64,000 nucleotides of DNA from Eubacteriales bacterium (GCA_050943735.1 JBMNPT010000004.1:66108-130107), one strand, 5' to 3'. Shown: positions 1 to 12,200, counted from the first letter of the stretch. Made by a program: numbers and translations. The notes: generated by a model not told the origin, from the sequence alone.

Positions 1-3000
1 ATCCGGTCAACCTGGGCGCGTACACCGTTACCGCTGCTTTGAAGGCTGACGCTCAGGGCAAGTTTGCCAACTATCAAATTGAGCCTGTTACCGGTACGGT
101 GACCATTGTACAGAACAGCGCCAAATTGAATGTAAACATCGACCATCAGGAGACCCTGACCTACACCGGTCTTGGCGTGGATCCCATTGTGAGCATCCAG
201 GTGCAGGGCGGGACTGATCTGCTGGGCGAAAATGACTACACCATTGGCTTTGCACTGCAGGCTGACGGCCCCTATGATCTCACCCGCAGTGAACTGCCCT
301 CCCATATCAAGGACGCTGGGAATTACACCATTTACTGGCAGGTGCAGACCACCAATTACGGCAGCAAAACCGGTTCTTTCCAGTTTCTCATTGACCGGGC
401 TCCCCTGGTGATCAACCGTACAGTGAATGAAACCAAATCCTATGACGGCACTGTCGAAGCCAAGACTCAAATCTCCCAAATCAGTTTGTCCGGCCTGCAA
501 AATCTGGAGCAAATTCAGGTGGAATGCACCAGCGCACAGTACAACAATCCAACGGTTTCAGCCGATCAGATCACAGTCACCTATACCCTCACCGCTCTGA
601 GCGACACCAAGCTGGACAATTACACCGTTCAGGCGGGCAGCTCCACAGAAAATAACCTGACAGGAGCCAACGGTACCATCACCGAAACCACAGACGGTAC
701 CATTCAACCCGCCCAAGCCACCGTTTCCATCCAGGACCAGTCCGCCGTTTATGATGGAACAACCCCCACACCCAACCAGAACGGGTACACCGTTTCCGGC
801 ATGGTACACAACGAAACCGGCGAAGACCTGAATCTCACCTTCTCGCTGTTCAACGGAAACAGTGACGCAGGCACCTATGCCATCACCGGCCAAGCGGCCA
901 ACCCCAACTACCAGGTTACCTTCACCGGAAACTGGAGCCAGGCGGGCACCTATCAGGGAAAAGCGGGTATTTTCACCATTACAACCCGTTCCATCTCGGT
1001 GGGAATTGGCACCGCCCAGGGAAATTATGGCGATCTGCCCAATCTGAAAAATGTTGTCCTGGACTATCAGCCAACTGACGGCGACGAGGGCCTTGCTCCC
1101 TCTCAAACCCAGCTGGATGGCATTGTTCTGCAGGCAATGACCGCATTGGATGGCACCCCCGTAGACAACCAAACTCCTGTGGGAACCTATCTCATCACCG
1201 GCACCGATCAAAACCACAACTATGACATCACCTTCACTCCGGGCAGCTACCAAATCAATCAGCGGCCGGTGACAGTCACCCTCTATGATCAGGAGAGCTT
1301 CTACGGAGAGAACCTTGCCCAGCTGACCTGGGATGTCACCAACGGCACCATGGCCAACGGAGAATCCCTGGGGATGCAGCTGGAAACCGCTGCCTCTCCA
1401 GACAGTGCAGCCGGCACCTATGCCATTGTGGAGAAATCCCGGGATGACAGAGTCGCCGCCAATTATCAGGTCACCGTTGAAGGAGAAACCCCTTATAACG
1501 GCAACCCACAGCAGGCCACTTACACCATCAAACCCGCGGCTCTCTCCATCCGGTTTGCCAGTCCGTCGGTCAACGTATCCATTGACGGTACGGTGCAAAA
1601 TCCTCTGCAATACACCAACACCAACAGCGGCGCCACATTTACCGACAAACCGGAAGGCGTATCCATCGAATATACCTCTCAACAGCCGGATGTGGCCAGC
1701 GTGGATCCATCCACCGGCGCTGTGACCATTCACCGCTCCGGTGACGCCACCATCACAGCCGTTGTAACCGACGGCGGCACCAACTACAACAGCGGCGCCA
1801 GCGCCACCTATATCCTGCATGTGTCCACGGCGGGCGCCGGAATCCAGGTGAGCGTACAGCCCAAAGAACTGACATACAACGGCAATCCCCAGGAGCTGGT
1901 CACCGCATCGGTAAAAACTCCGGTGGGCGCCACCCTGCAGTTCCGTCTGAGTGAGGCGGATCCCTGGTCGGAGCACATTCCCACCGGCCTTGACGCAGGC
2001 ACCTATACCGTCTATTGGCAGGCCAGCCATCCCGGATATACCACCATTTCCGACAGTGTGGCCGTAAAGATTCAAAAGGCCAATCCTTCTACTGGATTCA
2101 GCCACTCCGACGTGCTTACCACCTATGCCCAGGGAAAGATCTTTGACAGCACCGGCGAAACCACTCTGCAGATCAACCCCCTGTACCAGCAGGAGGCCGG
2201 ATGCAGTATTCTCTACCTGAGCAACAATACCCAGGTGGCCCGTGTGGATGGCAACAATCTGCAAACCATCGCCCTGCTGAGTACCGGAAGAGCACGGATC
2301 AGCGCTGAATTCGCCGAGACAGCCAATTTCCACGCTCAGACTGTATTTTTCAATCTCACTGTAAACGACGCTACCACTACCATTGATTTCTCGGCCGATT
2401 CTTACAACACCGAGTACGATGGTCTGCCCCACGGGAGCCGGATTACCGTCCACTCCCCCCAGAATTACACCATCCGCTACAGCGGCAATCAGGGCAGCAG
2501 CTATGATTTGGAAGAGTCCCCCACTGTCACCAATGTGAATGACAGCCCTCTGACCATCTATTTCCAGGTTCAGGCGCCGGGATATCCCAGCCGGGAAGGA
2601 ACTCAGACGGTACGCATTACCCCCAAAGAACTCAGTCCCACCATGATCTCTGGTGTGGGCAGCAGCTATACCTATACCGGTCAGCAAATTACCATTCCCA
2701 ACCTGACAGTGACGGACGGCAGTACCCTGCTGGCAGAGAATACCGACTATAAGGTAGAGTACGGCACAAACACCCATGTGGGTGAAAGCGACGAGCCTTC
2801 GCTGGCCAATGGCGGCGGATATGTAAAAATCACCGGGCTTGGCAACTACACCGGTGAAATCACCCAATACTTTGCCATTACCTCGGTGGACGCCACCTAT
2901 CTCCAGGCCTCTCTGGACCGCTATTTCGGCCATTACAGCGACAGTGCCACCAATCATGCCACCGTCACAGTGCAGCATGGACAGCATGACGTGGACGCCA

Positions 3001-5462
3001 GCGAAATTTCTTTGGACGTATCTTACACCAATGGCACCACAACCATCCCTGATGCACTGGCCGAAGGGTACGCGCAGCAGCAGGATTTGACCCTCACCTT
3101 CCAACAGGCGGGAATTTACACCATCATGGTGCATGTAGATGGGACCCACAAGGGTGCCTTCACTCTCTACTACACCCTGCTGCCCCAAAACGAGACCGGA
3201 GAGTTCACCATTTCTGGTCTGGATCATAACACAGTTGTGTACGACGCTCAAAATCATGCGTTTGTTCCCGACGTTTCTGTCGACCAGAATTCCCTGACCC
3301 AGGGTGTGGATTACCAACTCTCTTACAGCTACACACCCTTTGCCGGTACTCCTGTTCCTTCACAGGAATACGATCCCGCTCAGACCCAGTTGGTGGAAGC
3401 TGGCTTGTATGAAATCACTGTCACAGGTATCAACAACTACAGCGGCACTGGTAGAGTCTATTTACTGATTTGCCAGCGGAATCTTGCCGACGGCTCCATT
3501 GACGTTCAATTTTCTGACGATTCTCTCATCTATAACGGCAAGGCTCAAACCCCTGGGCTCACACTGATATATGAAGGTAGTTCCATCGATCATTTGAGCG
3601 CTACCCAATATTTCAACAACAGCAATGCGGGTTCGGCCCAGGCGGTGAGCAGTACCACAGATGACAACAACAACTTCACTGGTACTCGGGTAGATTCCTT
3701 CACCATTGCACCAAAATCTCTGCTGGACCCCACCATTTCGGCCATAGCAAATCCCGAGGAATATGCCTACACCGGTACCATTGTCACTCCGCTGGTAACC
3801 GTTACGGACCAGGAAACCGGAAAAACACTGTCTCCCGGTGTGGATTACACGGTGACTTCTCAAGCCCGTGAACCTGGCAGCCATCAGGCCGAAGTACAGG
3901 GCAACGGCAACTACACCAATCAGCTTTCGGTCAGCTTCATCATCAGCAGCAGTCCCTCTCCTGTAACGGGAATGAAACTGCAAGTCACTCCGGATGAATG
4001 GACCTACGGAACCACTGTTCCCTCTGTCAGTGTGACTTTCAATGAAGTGGAGATGAGCAGTGGCTATACCCTGTCGGTGATGCGGGACGGTGTTGAAATT
4101 GTCTCCCAGCAAGACAAGGATGCGGTCATCGCCGCATTGAAAGAGCCGGGTGATTACACCATCACAGCCAATGGCACCGGTGCTTATGCGGGAGCCAGCG
4201 ACACTGCAACTGTTACCATTCACAAGATTCTTCCCACACTGAAAATCACAGCCAGCCCCACCAGTCTTTCCGGCGGAGGGAAGGTCACCTTGACTCTCCA
4301 TGGCAGTAACCTGCCGGCGAGTACCGATCTGACCCAGCTTCTCTCGGTACAGACTGCCAACGGCACCGCCTTGGACCTGAGTCAGCTTACCTGGAAGACA
4401 GAAAACGATGGACTTACATCCAGTTTTACAGCGGCCAACGCCAACGAAACCTATACCTTTACACTGGTCTTTGCTGGGGATCAGCACCATGATTCCGCTC
4501 GGGCCACCACCCAGGTGGTCACCGCCCGTCAAAGCGGCGGCGGTGGCGGCGGCGGTGGAAGCACCACCTACACCATCACCGCCAGCGCGGGCGAAAATGG
4601 CTCCATCAGTCCCAGTGGAAAGGTCTCTGTCGTCAGCGGCCAGGATTCGTCCTTTGTTTTCACACCTTCCGCAGGTTATAAAGTAGCCGAGGTATTGGTG
4701 GACAATCAAAGTGTGGGCGCTCCCAGCAGTTATACCTTCACCAATGTCACTGCCAACCACACCATCTCTGTCACCTTCGAAAAAGGCAGTGAAGTCGCAG
4801 ATCCCAATGACACAGGGGTAGCAGATTGGCTGATTACTGGAGAACACATCCAATACCTCAGTGGTTACGGGGAAAATCAGTTCGGCCCCACCGACAATAT
4901 GACCCGCGCGCAGGCAGCCCAAATGTTCTACAATTTGCTGCTGAACAAAAATGTACCCATCACCGTCCAGTTCACAGATGTACCTGCTGATACCTGGTAT
5001 GCACAGGCGGTTCATACCCTGGCCTCTCTGGGCATTGTGGAAGGCGTGGGCAACCATGAGTTCGCGCCAAATCGCTCCATCACCCGGGCTGAATTTACAG
5101 CAATCGCCATGCGATTTGCCCATTTGGACGTACAGGGAAGCGATATTTTCCCAGATGTAAGCGAAACTGACTGGTTCTATCATCAGGTAACCACCGCAGT
5201 TACCTACGGCTGGATCAATGGCTATGCGGATGGAACCTTCTGTCCTCACAATACCATCACCCGGGCAGAGGTCACAGCCATCACCAACCGGATGCTGGGC
5301 CGTACAGCGGATCAGGCATTTGTGGAAAAACACATGGATGAATTGACGCAGTTTGCAGATGTAAGCCGATACTATTGGGCCTATTATGACATCATGGAAG
5401 CCACCAACTTCCACACCCACTCCAATGAAAACGGCGTAGAAAACTGGACTGCACTACAGTAA
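1..5462 (+). CDS. Giant cell-surface repeat protein, 5'-truncated by the window edge. It has an MBG/Ig-like repeat array, an InlB-B-repeat-like module and three C-terminal SLH domains.
   Basis: The frame is open from nt 3 ([13 protein letters not shown] precedes the TTG at 39), so the gene starts upstream of the window. There are many ~75-90 aa modules with YDGT and NYxVTF..G..TI signatures, plus YTGxxxTP...DY.V.Y...GNYTG Ig-like modules. One module is Big_2-like ([35 protein letters not shown]). A poly-Gly run is followed by [17 protein letters not shown]...[11 protein letters not shown]. Three SLH repeats are present ([42 protein letters not shown]). Confidence 0.85.
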   Translation, partial: PVNLGAYTVTAALKADAQGKFANYQIEPVTGTVTIVQNSAKLNVNIDHQETLTYTGLGVDPIVSIQVQGGTDLLGENDYTIGFALQADGPYDLTRSELPSHIKDAGNYTIYWQVQTTNYGSKTGSFQFLIDRAPLVINRTVNETKSYDGTVEAKTQISQISLSGLQNLEQIQVECTSAQYNNPTVSADQITVTYTLTALSDTKLDNYTVQAGSSTENNLTGANGTITETTDGTIQPAQATVSIQDQSAVYDGTTPTPNQNGYTVSGMVHNETGEDLNLTFSLFNGNSDAGTYAITGQAANPNYQVTFTGNWSQAGTYQGKAGIFTITTRSISVGIGTAQGNYGDLPNLKNVVLDYQPTDGDEGLAPSQTQLDGIVLQAMTALDGTPVDNQTPVGTYLITGTDQNHNYDITFTPGSYQINQRPVTVTLYDQESFYGENLAQLTWDVTNGTMANGESLGMQLETAASPDSAAGTYAIVEKSRDDRVAANYQVTVEGETPYNGNPQQATYTIKPAALSIRFASPSVNVSIDGTVQNPLQYTNTNSGATFTDKPEGVSIEYTSQQPDVASVDPSTGAVTIHRSGDATITAVVTDGGTNYNSGASATYILHVSTAGAGIQVSVQPKELTYNGNPQELVTASVKTPVGATLQFRLSEADPWSEHIPTGLDAGTYTVYWQASHPGYTTISDSVAVKIQKANPSTGFSHSDVLTTYAQGKIFDSTGETTLQINPLYQQEAGCSILYLSNNTQVARVDGNNLQTIALLSTGRARISAEFAETANFHAQTVFFNLTVNDATTTIDFSADSYNTEYDGLPHGSRITVHSPQNYTIRYSGNQGSSYDLEESPTVTNVNDSPLTIYFQVQAPGYPSREGTQTVRITPKELSPTMISGVGSSYTYTGQQITIPNLTVTDGSTLLAENTDYKVEYGTNTHVGESDEPSLANGGGYVKITGLGNYTGEITQYFAITSVDATYLQASLDRYFGHYSDSATNHATVTVQHGQHDVDASEISLDVSYTNGTTTIPDALAEGYAQQQDLTLTFQQAGIYTIMVHVDGTHKGAFTLYYTLLPQNETGEFTISGLDHNTVVYDAQNHAFVPDVSVDQNSLTQGVDYQLSYSYTPFAGTPVPSQEYDPAQTQLVEAGLYEITVTGINNYSGTGRVYLLICQRNLADGSIDVQFSDDSLIYNGKAQTPGLTLIYEGSSIDHLSATQYFNNSNAGSAQAVSSTTDDNNNFTGTRVDSFTIAPKSLLDPTISAIANPEEYAYTGTIVTPLVTVTDQETGKTLSPGVDYTVTSQAREPGSHQAEVQGNGNYTNQLSVSFIISSSPSPVTGMKLQVTPDEWTYGTTVPSVSVTFNEVEMSSGYTLSVMRDGVEIVSQQDKDAVIAALKEPGDYTITANGTGAYAGASDTATVTIHKILPTLKITASPTSLSGGGKVTLTLHGSNLPASTDLTQLLSVQTANGTALDLSQLTWKTENDGLTSSFTAANANETYTFTLVFAGDQHHDSARATTQVVTARQSGGGGGGGGSTTYTITASAGENGSISPSGKVSVVSGQDSSFVFTPSAGYKVAEVLVDNQSVGAPSSYTFTNVTANHTISVTFEKGSEVADPNDTGVADWLITGEHIQYLSGYGENQFGPTDNMTRAQAAQMFYNLLLNKNVPITVQFTDVPADTWYAQAVHTLASLGIVEGVGNHEFAPNRSITRAEFTAIAMRFAHLDVQGSDIFPDVSETDWFYHQVTTAVTYGWINGYADGTFCPHNTITRAEVTAITNRMLGRTADQAFVEKHMDELTQFADVSRYYWAYYDIMEATNFHTHSNENGVENWTALQ

Positions 5463-5469
5463 ACACCTA

Positions 5470-5517
5470 AAAACATTGGGGGAAGGGACGAAAGTCCCTT
5501 CCCCCAATGTTTTTTCT
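5470..5517. terminator. Bidirectional rho-independent terminator between the convergent SLH-protein gene and dgoD
   Basis: Perfect 16-bp stem cattgggggaagggac (5475-5490) / gtcccttcccccaatg (5495-5510) with a gaaa loop. An A-run lies 5' and a T6 run lies 3'. Confidence 0.8.
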
Positions 5518-5581
5518 TTTACACCTCTTATGCCCACGAAATCGTGGTAAAATGCCCTGCTGCCATGGTTTTTTCACAGGA

Positions 5582-6730
5582 TTACCACTCTGCCACTGTT
5601 CCGTCAAAGTTGCGCCACACCGGATTTTTCCACGCATGACCGATGCGGTCTTCCTCCTGCAGTTTTTCCTCGTTGACCGTCACACCCAGCCCCGGCGCAG
5701 TGGGAATAGTGATAAAGCCTTCCCGGTAATCAAACACTTCTGGATTGAGAATATAATCCAGCAAATCACTTCCCTTGTTGTAGTGAATCCCCAGCGACTG
5801 CTCCTGGATGAACGCATTGGGTACACAGCTATCCAGCTGCACGCACGCAGCCAGCGCCACCGGTCCCAGCGGGCAATGGGGCGCCACTGCCACATCATAC
5901 GCCTCCGCCATGGCGGCAATTTTCTTCACCTCGGTGATGCCGCCCGCATGGGACAAATCAGGCTGAATGATATCCACATACCCCGCCTCAAAAATCTTTT
6001 TGAAATCCCATCGGCTGAAGGCACGCTCTCCGGTGGAAATAGGAGTAGAGGTATGGGCCACAATATCCCGCAGCGCTTCCAAGTTTTCATGCAGCACCGG
6101 CTCTTCGAGAAACATCAGCTTGTAAGGGTCCAATTCTTTTGCCAGCACCTTGGCCATGGGTTTGTGCACCCGCCCATGAAAATCCACCGCGATGTCCATG
6201 TCATAGCCAAAGTGATCCCGAATGGCTGCCACCCGTTCCACCACTTGCTGTACCTTTTTGAAATTGTCGATGTAATGCATCTCTTCGGTGGCGTTCATCT
6301 TCACCGCAGTGATGCCAGCATCAAATTTTTCCTGTGCGGCTGTCACCACATCAGAGGGACGGTCCCCGCCAATCCAACTGTACATTTTCAATTTGCTGCG
6401 GCATTTACCCCCCAGCAGATTGTATACCGGCGTACCAAAAAATTTGCCCTTGATGTCCCACAATGCCTGATCAATCCCGGCAATGGCGCTCATCAGTACA
6501 GGGCCTCCCCGGTAAAACGCAGCCCGATACAGTACCTGCCAGATGTCCTCAATCTCCATTGGGTCCCGTCCGATGAGATACTCCCGGCACTCTTCCACCG
6601 CGGTGCGCACCGTAGCCGCATGACCCTCAATGACAGGTTCTCCCCATCCATCGATGCCTCCATCTGTTTCAATCTTCAAAAAACACCATCTGGGACGGGC
6701 CAGGTACAATTTCATATCTGTGATCTTCAT
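5582..6730 (-). CDS. dgoD: D-galactonate dehydratase (enolase superfamily)
   Basis: Near-collinear with E. coli DgoD as I remember it (MKIT...PRW.FLKIETD.G..GWGEPVIEG, ...AGIDQALWDIKGK, ...LQPDLSHAGGITE, ...APHCPLGPVALAAC, ending VAEW). GAAAGG sits 9 nt before the ATG at 6730. The ATG at 6739 is an alternative start. Confidence 0.9.
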   Translation of the reverse strand: MKITDMKLYLARPRWCFLKIETDGGIDGWGEPVIEGHAATVRTAVEECREYLIGRDPMEIEDIWQVLYRAAFYRGGPVLMSAIAGIDQALWDIKGKFFGTPVYNLLGGKCRSKLKMYSWIGGDRPSDVVTAAQEKFDAGITAVKMNATEEMHYIDNFKKVQQVVERVAAIRDHFGYDMDIAVDFHGRVHKPMAKVLAKELDPYKLMFLEEPVLHENLEALRDIVAHTSTPISTGERAFSRWDFKKIFEAGYVDIIQPDLSHAGGITEVKKIAAMAEAYDVAVAPHCPLGPVALAACVQLDSCVPNAFIQEQSLGIHYNKGSDLLDYILNPEVFDYREGFITIPTAPGLGVTVNEEKLQEEDRIGHAWKNPVWRNFDGTVAEW

Positions 6731-6918
6731 ACCATTCATCCTTTCAAAACCTGTATTACAGCATACAACTTATGCTGTCAGTATACCCTCACCCATTGTC
6801 TGCGTCAAGGGCTTTTCCTCCGGCATCCTTCACAAATTCCACCCAAATCCTTTGTCTTTCTCCCCCTTTACCTGTCATACAGTTTTTCGTATAATAAAAC
6901 TAAGAAAGGAGGGTCTGC

Positions 6919-7650
6919 ATGGACTATCCCATCTCTCCCATTCCCAAAACCAAAGTCAGCGATCAGGTACTGCAGCAGCTGCGCTCCAACATCCTGCAGG
7001 GCGTATGGCCTGCAGGCACCCGCCTGCCCTCCGAAAACAAGCTGTGTCAGCTGTTTGGCGTAAGCCGGGTATCGGTGCGGACCGCTTTGAATAAACTCAA
7101 TGCACTGGGTCTCACCCATACCGTCAATGGCGGAGGGACCTACGTCAATGAGCTGCAGGTATCCGATCTGGTGGGCAACATGATGCGCTGTCTGGCAGCC
7201 GATGGACAGGACTTCATCGAAATGCTGGAACTGCGGCAGATCATTGAGAGCTACACCTGCCGTCGAGCCATCGAATACTGCACGCCCCAGGATTTACAGC
7301 AGCTGGAAAACCTGCTGCAGGCCATGGAAAAAAGCGCTGGTGATGGCCAAATGGAAGTCTATACCCGGCAGGACGTGCAATTTCACAAGCAGCTGGTGCA
7401 AATGTCCCGTCATCGATTGCTCATCACCCTCAGCGATATCCTCTTTGAATGGATTTACCCGCAAATGCTAACCATGAACACCACAATGGGTGTACAAATC
7501 GGCATGGAAGGACATCAGGCTGTGCTGGAAGCCATCTGGCAAAAGGATGGAAACCGCTGTGCCCAACTGCTGTCCGATTCTTTCCAAACCAGCATCGATG
7601 TCATTCGCAGCCAATATTCTCCCACTTCTACAGAAAGGAGTCTGCCATGA
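6919..7650 (+). CDS. GntR-family transcriptional regulator with a FadR/FCD-type C-terminal domain
   Basis: N-terminal winged HTH (LPSENKLCQLFGVSRVSVRTALNKLNALGL). The helical C-terminal half has the His-containing FCD pattern. AAGGAGGG RBS lies 6 nt upstream. The gene is divergent from dgoD. Confidence 0.85.
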   Translation: MDYPISPIPKTKVSDQVLQQLRSNILQGVWPAGTRLPSENKLCQLFGVSRVSVRTALNKLNALGLTHTVNGGGTYVNELQVSDLVGNMMRCLAADGQDFIEMLELRQIIESYTCRRAIEYCTPQDLQQLENLLQAMEKSAGDGQMEVYTRQDVQFHKQLVQMSRHRLLITLSDILFEWIYPQMLTMNTTMGVQIGMEGHQAVLEAIWQKDGNRCAQLLSDSFQTSIDVIRSQYSPTSTERSLP

Positions 7651-8579
7651 AATCCACCTCTTCCAAGCCCCTTTTCTGGGGATACCTGCTCACTCTGTGC
7701 GGAGGATTTTTCTGGGCAGTGGGCGGCATTTGCGGCCAGCTGCTCTTCCAGAAAAATGAAATGACCTCCAACTGGCTGGTGCCCGTCCGTCTGACCATAT
7801 CAGGTCTAATTTTGCTGGCAGCCGCTCTGATCACCCGGCGGGATATCACCAGTGTCTGGCGCCAAAAACGGGACCGGCTGGAAATCCTGCTTTTTGGCCT
7901 GCTGGGTTCCGCCCTCTGCCAATACAGCTATTACACCTCCATCCAGTATTCCAACGCCGCCTTTGCCACCATTTTGGCCTATACCTCACCGGTTCTGATT
8001 CTGGCCTATACTGCGTTTCGCAGCCGCCGGGCCCCCCGGCTCTATGAGCTGCTGTGTGTGGTGCTGGTGGTGCTGGGAGCAGTGGTGTGTTCCACCCATC
8101 TGAATTTTCAAATGCTCAGTGTCTCTCCTGTGGCGCTCTTCTGGGGCGTGGTATGCTCGGTGGGCATGACCATCTACACCCTGGAACCCCGAAGGCTGCT
8201 GCAACATCATGATCTTCTCTCAGTAGTAGGATGGGGCATGGTCATCGGCGGTATTGCACTGATTCCCCTCTGCCGCCCCTGGGAAGAAACCGTCCAGGTG
8301 GACACTCATCTATACATCATGCTGGCCGCTGTCATCCTGCTGGGGACTGTTTTTTCCTTCTGCATGTATCAGGCGGGTGTGAGCATCGTGGGCGGTCTGG
8401 CCGGCAGTGTTCTCTCCTCTGTAGAGCCAGTGGGATCGGTCATTCTTTCTGTTTTGTTTTTGAATATCCAGTTTTCTCCACTGGATTTTTTGGGATTTGC
8501 CATGATTCTGATCACCATCCCCATCATCGCCTACTATCAGGGGAAAGAGCAAAAGGAAACGGTAAACACTTCTTCCTGA
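7647..8579 (+). CDS. EamA/DMT-family transporter (10-TM type)
   Basis: Hydrophobic protein starting MKSTSSKPLFWGYLLTLCGGFFWAVGG, which is a typical EamA repeat pattern. Its ATG overlaps the GntR stop (ATGA at 7647-7650). The upstream part of the 7449 ORF is out-of-context read-through. Confidence 0.8.
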   Translation: MKSTSSKPLFWGYLLTLCGGFFWAVGGICGQLLFQKNEMTSNWLVPVRLTISGLILLAAALITRRDITSVWRQKRDRLEILLFGLLGSALCQYSYYTSIQYSNAAFATILAYTSPVLILAYTAFRSRRAPRLYELLCVVLVVLGAVVCSTHLNFQMLSVSPVALFWGVVCSVGMTIYTLEPRRLLQHHDLLSVVGWGMVIGGIALIPLCRPWEETVQVDTHLYIMLAAVILLGTVFSFCMYQAGVSIVGGLAGSVLSSVEPVGSVILSVLFLNIQFSPLDFLGFAMILITIPIIAYYQGKEQKETVNTSS

Positions 8580-8588
8580 AAATCGTTG

Positions 8589-8625
8589 AAAAACGGCCCT
8601 ATCGTATAGATAGGGCCGTTTTTTT
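8589..8625 (+). terminator. Rho-independent terminator after the EamA gene
   Basis: Stem acggccctatc (8593-8603) / gatagggccgt (8609-8619) followed by a T7 run. Confidence 0.7.
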
Positions 8626-8632
8626 GCGCAAC

Positions 8633-8660
8633 AAAAAAGCGATGCCTTGGCATCGCTTTT
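8633..8660 (-). terminator. Rho-independent terminator after rpmE
   Basis: Stem gcgatgcc (8639-8646) / ggcatcgc (8649-8656). The A6 run at 8633-8638 gives a U-tract on the minus-strand transcript. Confidence 0.6.
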
Positions 8661-8671
8661 CATGCTTGTCT

Positions 8672-8875
8672 TTACTTGTCCAGACCGAACTTCTTCTTGA
8701 ATCTGTCCACACGGCCGCCTGCGTCCACCAGCTTCTGCTTACCGGTGTAGAAGGGATGGCACTTGGAGCAAACTTCCACCTTGATGTCCTGCTTGGTAGA
8801 GGAAGTCTCGATCACAGCACCACAGGCACACTTGATGGTGGTGGGCTGATAGTTGGGGTGGATTCCTTCTTTCAT
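8672..8875 (-). CDS. rpmE: 50S ribosomal protein L31 (Zn-ribbon type, CxC...CxxC retained)
   Basis: [64 protein letters not shown] is the canonical L31 sequence. The start was moved to the internal ATG at 8875. Confidence 0.95.
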   Translation of the reverse strand: MKEGIHPNYQPTTIKCACGAVIETSSTKQDIKVEVCSKCHPFYTGKQKLVDAGGRVDRFKKKFGLDK

Positions 8876-8916
8876 TTTGTTCACCTGCCTTTTCCTTGCG
8901 CAACGCTCATAAAAAC

Positions 8917-8945
8917 ATAATATCATAAAGCACTGTTCATTGCAA
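8917..8945 (-). promoter_or_regulatory. Putative SigA-type promoter of rpmE
   Basis: On the minus strand: TTGCAA (8945-8940), 17 nt, TATTAT (8922-8917). This lies about 40 nt upstream of the rpmE start. Confidence 0.45.
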
Positions 8946-8962
8946 GTCTTTTTTTACGAAGC

Positions 8963-9211
8963 TTACTTGTCCTCGCTGTCTGCAGATTCGGCCTCTTTTT
9001 GAGCTGCTTCCAGCTGTTCATTGAGCTGCTGAATCTGATGGTTCAAGTCTGCGATTTCCTGCTGCATCTCTTCAATGCGGGCAGTGACTCCCTCTTCGGT
9101 CAAATATTGATACCGGGGTTCCACCAACAGCTTCAAAGTAAGCAAATAGGAAACGCAAAAGAAAATGATAATGGCCGCAATGCCTGCGATGATATATTTT
9201 GCTTTGTTCAT
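8963..9211 (-). CDS. Small single-pass membrane protein with a coiled-coil, acidic tail (unknown function)
   Basis: 82 aa. The N-terminal TM helix is IIAGIAAIIIFFCVSYLLTL. It is followed by the heptad-like stretch EEMQQEIADLNHQIQQLNEQLEAAQKE. The gene sits directly downstream of addA on the same strand. Confidence 0.5.
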   Translation of the reverse strand: MNKAKYIIAGIAAIIIFFCVSYLLTLKLLVEPRYQYLTEEGVTARIEEMQQEIADLNHQIQQLNEQLEAAQKEAESADSEDK

Positions 9212-9253
9212 GCATTGTCTCCTGTGTTCTGGTTGGAATTCGTGTACGTATTA

Positions 9254-12200
9254 TTATATCCCTTCCGCCGGCATTTGACAAGGGGCGGGACAAAGTTTCA
9301 GCGTTCGACCCGAATGAAACAGATACAGATAACATTCTTCCACCGCAAAACCGTAAATTTCCCAAATGGCCCGGGCATACAAATCCATCTGTACCTGATA
9401 CCTGCGCTTCAACTCTTCCGCGTCATCTGTCCGGTCGGTTTTGAAATCCAGCAGCACTGCCTTTTCTCCCTCCAGAAAGAAGCAGTCAATCACTCCCTGA
9501 ATCAGCAGAGGCGCCTGCCGTTCCTGGGGATTCAACGTCTGATACAGCTGCCAAGCAGGCACCATCAAATTGAACTTTTCCTCCCGGAACACCTGCCGGC
9601 TGCGCAGCATCCGCTGTCCCAGCTCACTGTGGAAAAAACCGGCAATTCGAGCGGGATCACACGCCTGCGCCTGCTGGGCGGTCAGCAGCTCCTGGGCCAC
9701 CATTCTCTCCAGTTCCTGCCGTACCTGCTCCTCATTGCTGCCCTGTTCCAATCGAATAAACTGCATGGCACAATGCAGGGCCGTTCCCCGCTGCGCAGCG
9801 TTCAGTCCATGATCCTGCTCAATGAACCGCGGTGTGTCGAATAACTCCTTTTTAGTGGTCATGGAGGGAGTATCTTCCGCCACTTCCGCATCCAATGCCC
9901 GGCCTTTGAGCTCGGTTACCGACAATTTGGAAGACACTTCCCGCAAATGGGGCTGGTCGTATTCCCCCGCCAGATGTGCTCCAATAACCTCCAGTGAAAT
10001 TTCCTCTGTTTTTTCCGATTCTTCCGCTGGCGCCTGAGAGAGATCCTCCAGCGACCGGCAAATGCGTACTTGCACGCCCGCCGGCTCTCCCGGAACGGGC
10101 CAGGGAATGTCCGGCAGTAAATCCCGTAAGGGCTGTCCTTCCGGAGAGAGCAGCAGGGCTGCCGTAATCCATTCCAGATAGCTGGCGCTGCGGCTGAGCA
10201 AATGGCTGTCCAAGCTCTCTCCACTAATGCGGGAAGCTGCCCTGGCCACCAATTTTTCCGCTGAATCACAGCAGCCCACCATGATCAGCCTGTCCTTGGC
10301 CCGGGTGAGTGCCACATACAATACCCGTTCTTCCTCAGACATCATCTCTTGCCGCAAGGTCAGCGCAATCGCCTCCTTGGCAATGGTGGGCCATGTGCGG
10401 CTGGTTTCCCGGTCCACATACTGGGGCCCCGCCAACAGACGGCCATGCAGCAACAAAGGCCCCTGCAAATCCAGCAGATTGAATCCCTTTCCACAGTTTG
10501 CCACAAAACAGATGGGAAATTCCAACCCCTTGGATTTATGAATGGTGAGGATTTGTACCCCACCGTCACCACTGGACTGAGCCGGTGCCAGTTCTCCCTG
10601 CACTTCCATCAAATGATCGATGTAGTGGATGAAGTGAAACAGGCCTTTGTAACTGCTCTGCTCATACTGCTGGGCATAGAGGTACAGCATTTTGAGGTTT
10701 TCTGCCCGATGCTGCCCGCCGGGCATAGCCTGTACAGAATACCGGTACCCCGTTTCCTCGTACAGCTCCCACAGCAGCACATCAATGGTGACCTCCCGGG
10801 CCCGCACCCGATACCGGGCCAATCGCTCCAGAAATTCCTGGCAGCAGCTCTCTCCCTGCTCAGCGGCCTGGACCACCGCGTCGTAATACAGACCATGGGG
10901 CCGCACCAGACGGACCCGCAGCAGGGTGTCCTCCGACCAGCCAAACAGCGGACTGCGCAGCACAGTGATCAGCGGAATGTCCTGCCTGGGGTTATCCACC
11001 ACCCGCAGCAAGGCCAGCATGACCATCACTTCCACCGAGGTGAGAGCATTTTCCCCCTCCTCGCTGTGGCAGGGAATTCCATAGGAATGCAGTACCTGCT
11101 CATACAACAGTGCCCGGTTTTTCTGAGAACGGAGCAAAATGGCCACATCTTCATAGTTCGCAGGCCGGTCCCGCCCCAGTTTGGAGTCGTATACCGGCTG
11201 GTCCATCAGCTGCAAAATCCGCTGGGCTATAACGTGGGCCTCCAATACCGCATCCGACTCCTCCTGGGAAGAAAGCTCTTCCTGCAGAGCGGTTTTTTCC
11301 ACTAAAAGCAGCTCCGGGCTGCGCTTGGGATCAGGGGGATAGTCCGCCCGGGGGTCCAACTGCTGATCCCTGTCGTACACGATCTCTCCCAACTGCCGGC
11401 TCATAATCCGCCGAAACAGCACATTGACCCACTCCAATATGGTTCCGCGGCTGCGGTAATTCCCCGAAAAGACAATGCGAGTATCGCCCTGACACCGCAT
11501 CTGTTCCACCGGTACCTGGCCGAAGGTATCCAGCTTGTGAATGAAAATCTCCGGCTGTGCCTGGCGGAATTTGTAAATGCTCTGCTTCACATCGCCCACC
11601 ATAAAGAGATTGTCCCGGGCAATTGCTTCAAAAATGGCGCTCTGGATCTGGTTGGTGTCCTGGTATTCGTCCACCAGGATTTCCCGGTACCGCCCCGCCA
11701 ATTCCCGAGCCGTATCAGTGGGACACAGTTGTCCATCCTTTTCTTCCCACAGCAGCTGAATGGCATAGTGCTCCATATCGTTGAAGGTGAGCAGATTTTT
11801 GTCCAGCTTGGCCTGACGGTACCGCCGGGCAAACTCCAACGTCACCTCGGCCAGACCCCGCATGGCCGGTGCCAACTCCCGCAGATCCTCCCCAAACTGC
11901 TTTCCTTCCATATAGAAATAACGGTCCCGCAGCTGAGTGAGCTCCTCTTTGTAGCCGTCCCGCACACTTTTGGTCCAGGCCAGAAATCCTTTGTCATATC
12001 CACGAATGGAGGGCATTCGGTCAAAGGTCAGTCCGTTCAACGCACGCACCAGCGCATCAAAGCCCTGCCCGGCCTGCTCCCGCAGCCTCGCAATGGCCTC
12101 CGCCTCCCGGATAAACAGCTGCCGCCGGCTCTCCAACTGGGGATCTTCACAGGCCTCGGCTCCCTGCAACGCTCTGCGCTGTGCGCTTTCCAGCACCCGA

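Noticed and set aside
4536-4559. Poly-Gly tract as a slipped-strand phase-variation switch
   Set aside because: The tract uses mixed codons (ggc/ggt/gga), not a homopolymer or a perfect short tandem repeat. Length changes would stay in frame. It is more likely a flexible hinge.
558-5420. Two long minus-strand ORFs (558-3317 and 3462-5420)
   Set aside because: Both are antisense to the SLH repeat protein. Their translations are Gly/Val-rich nonsense without domain signatures. The sense strand has clear repeat and SLH domains.
5507-7063. 518-aa plus-strand ORF
   Set aside because: It is antisense to dgoD, whose identity is near certain. It has no RBS or motifs.
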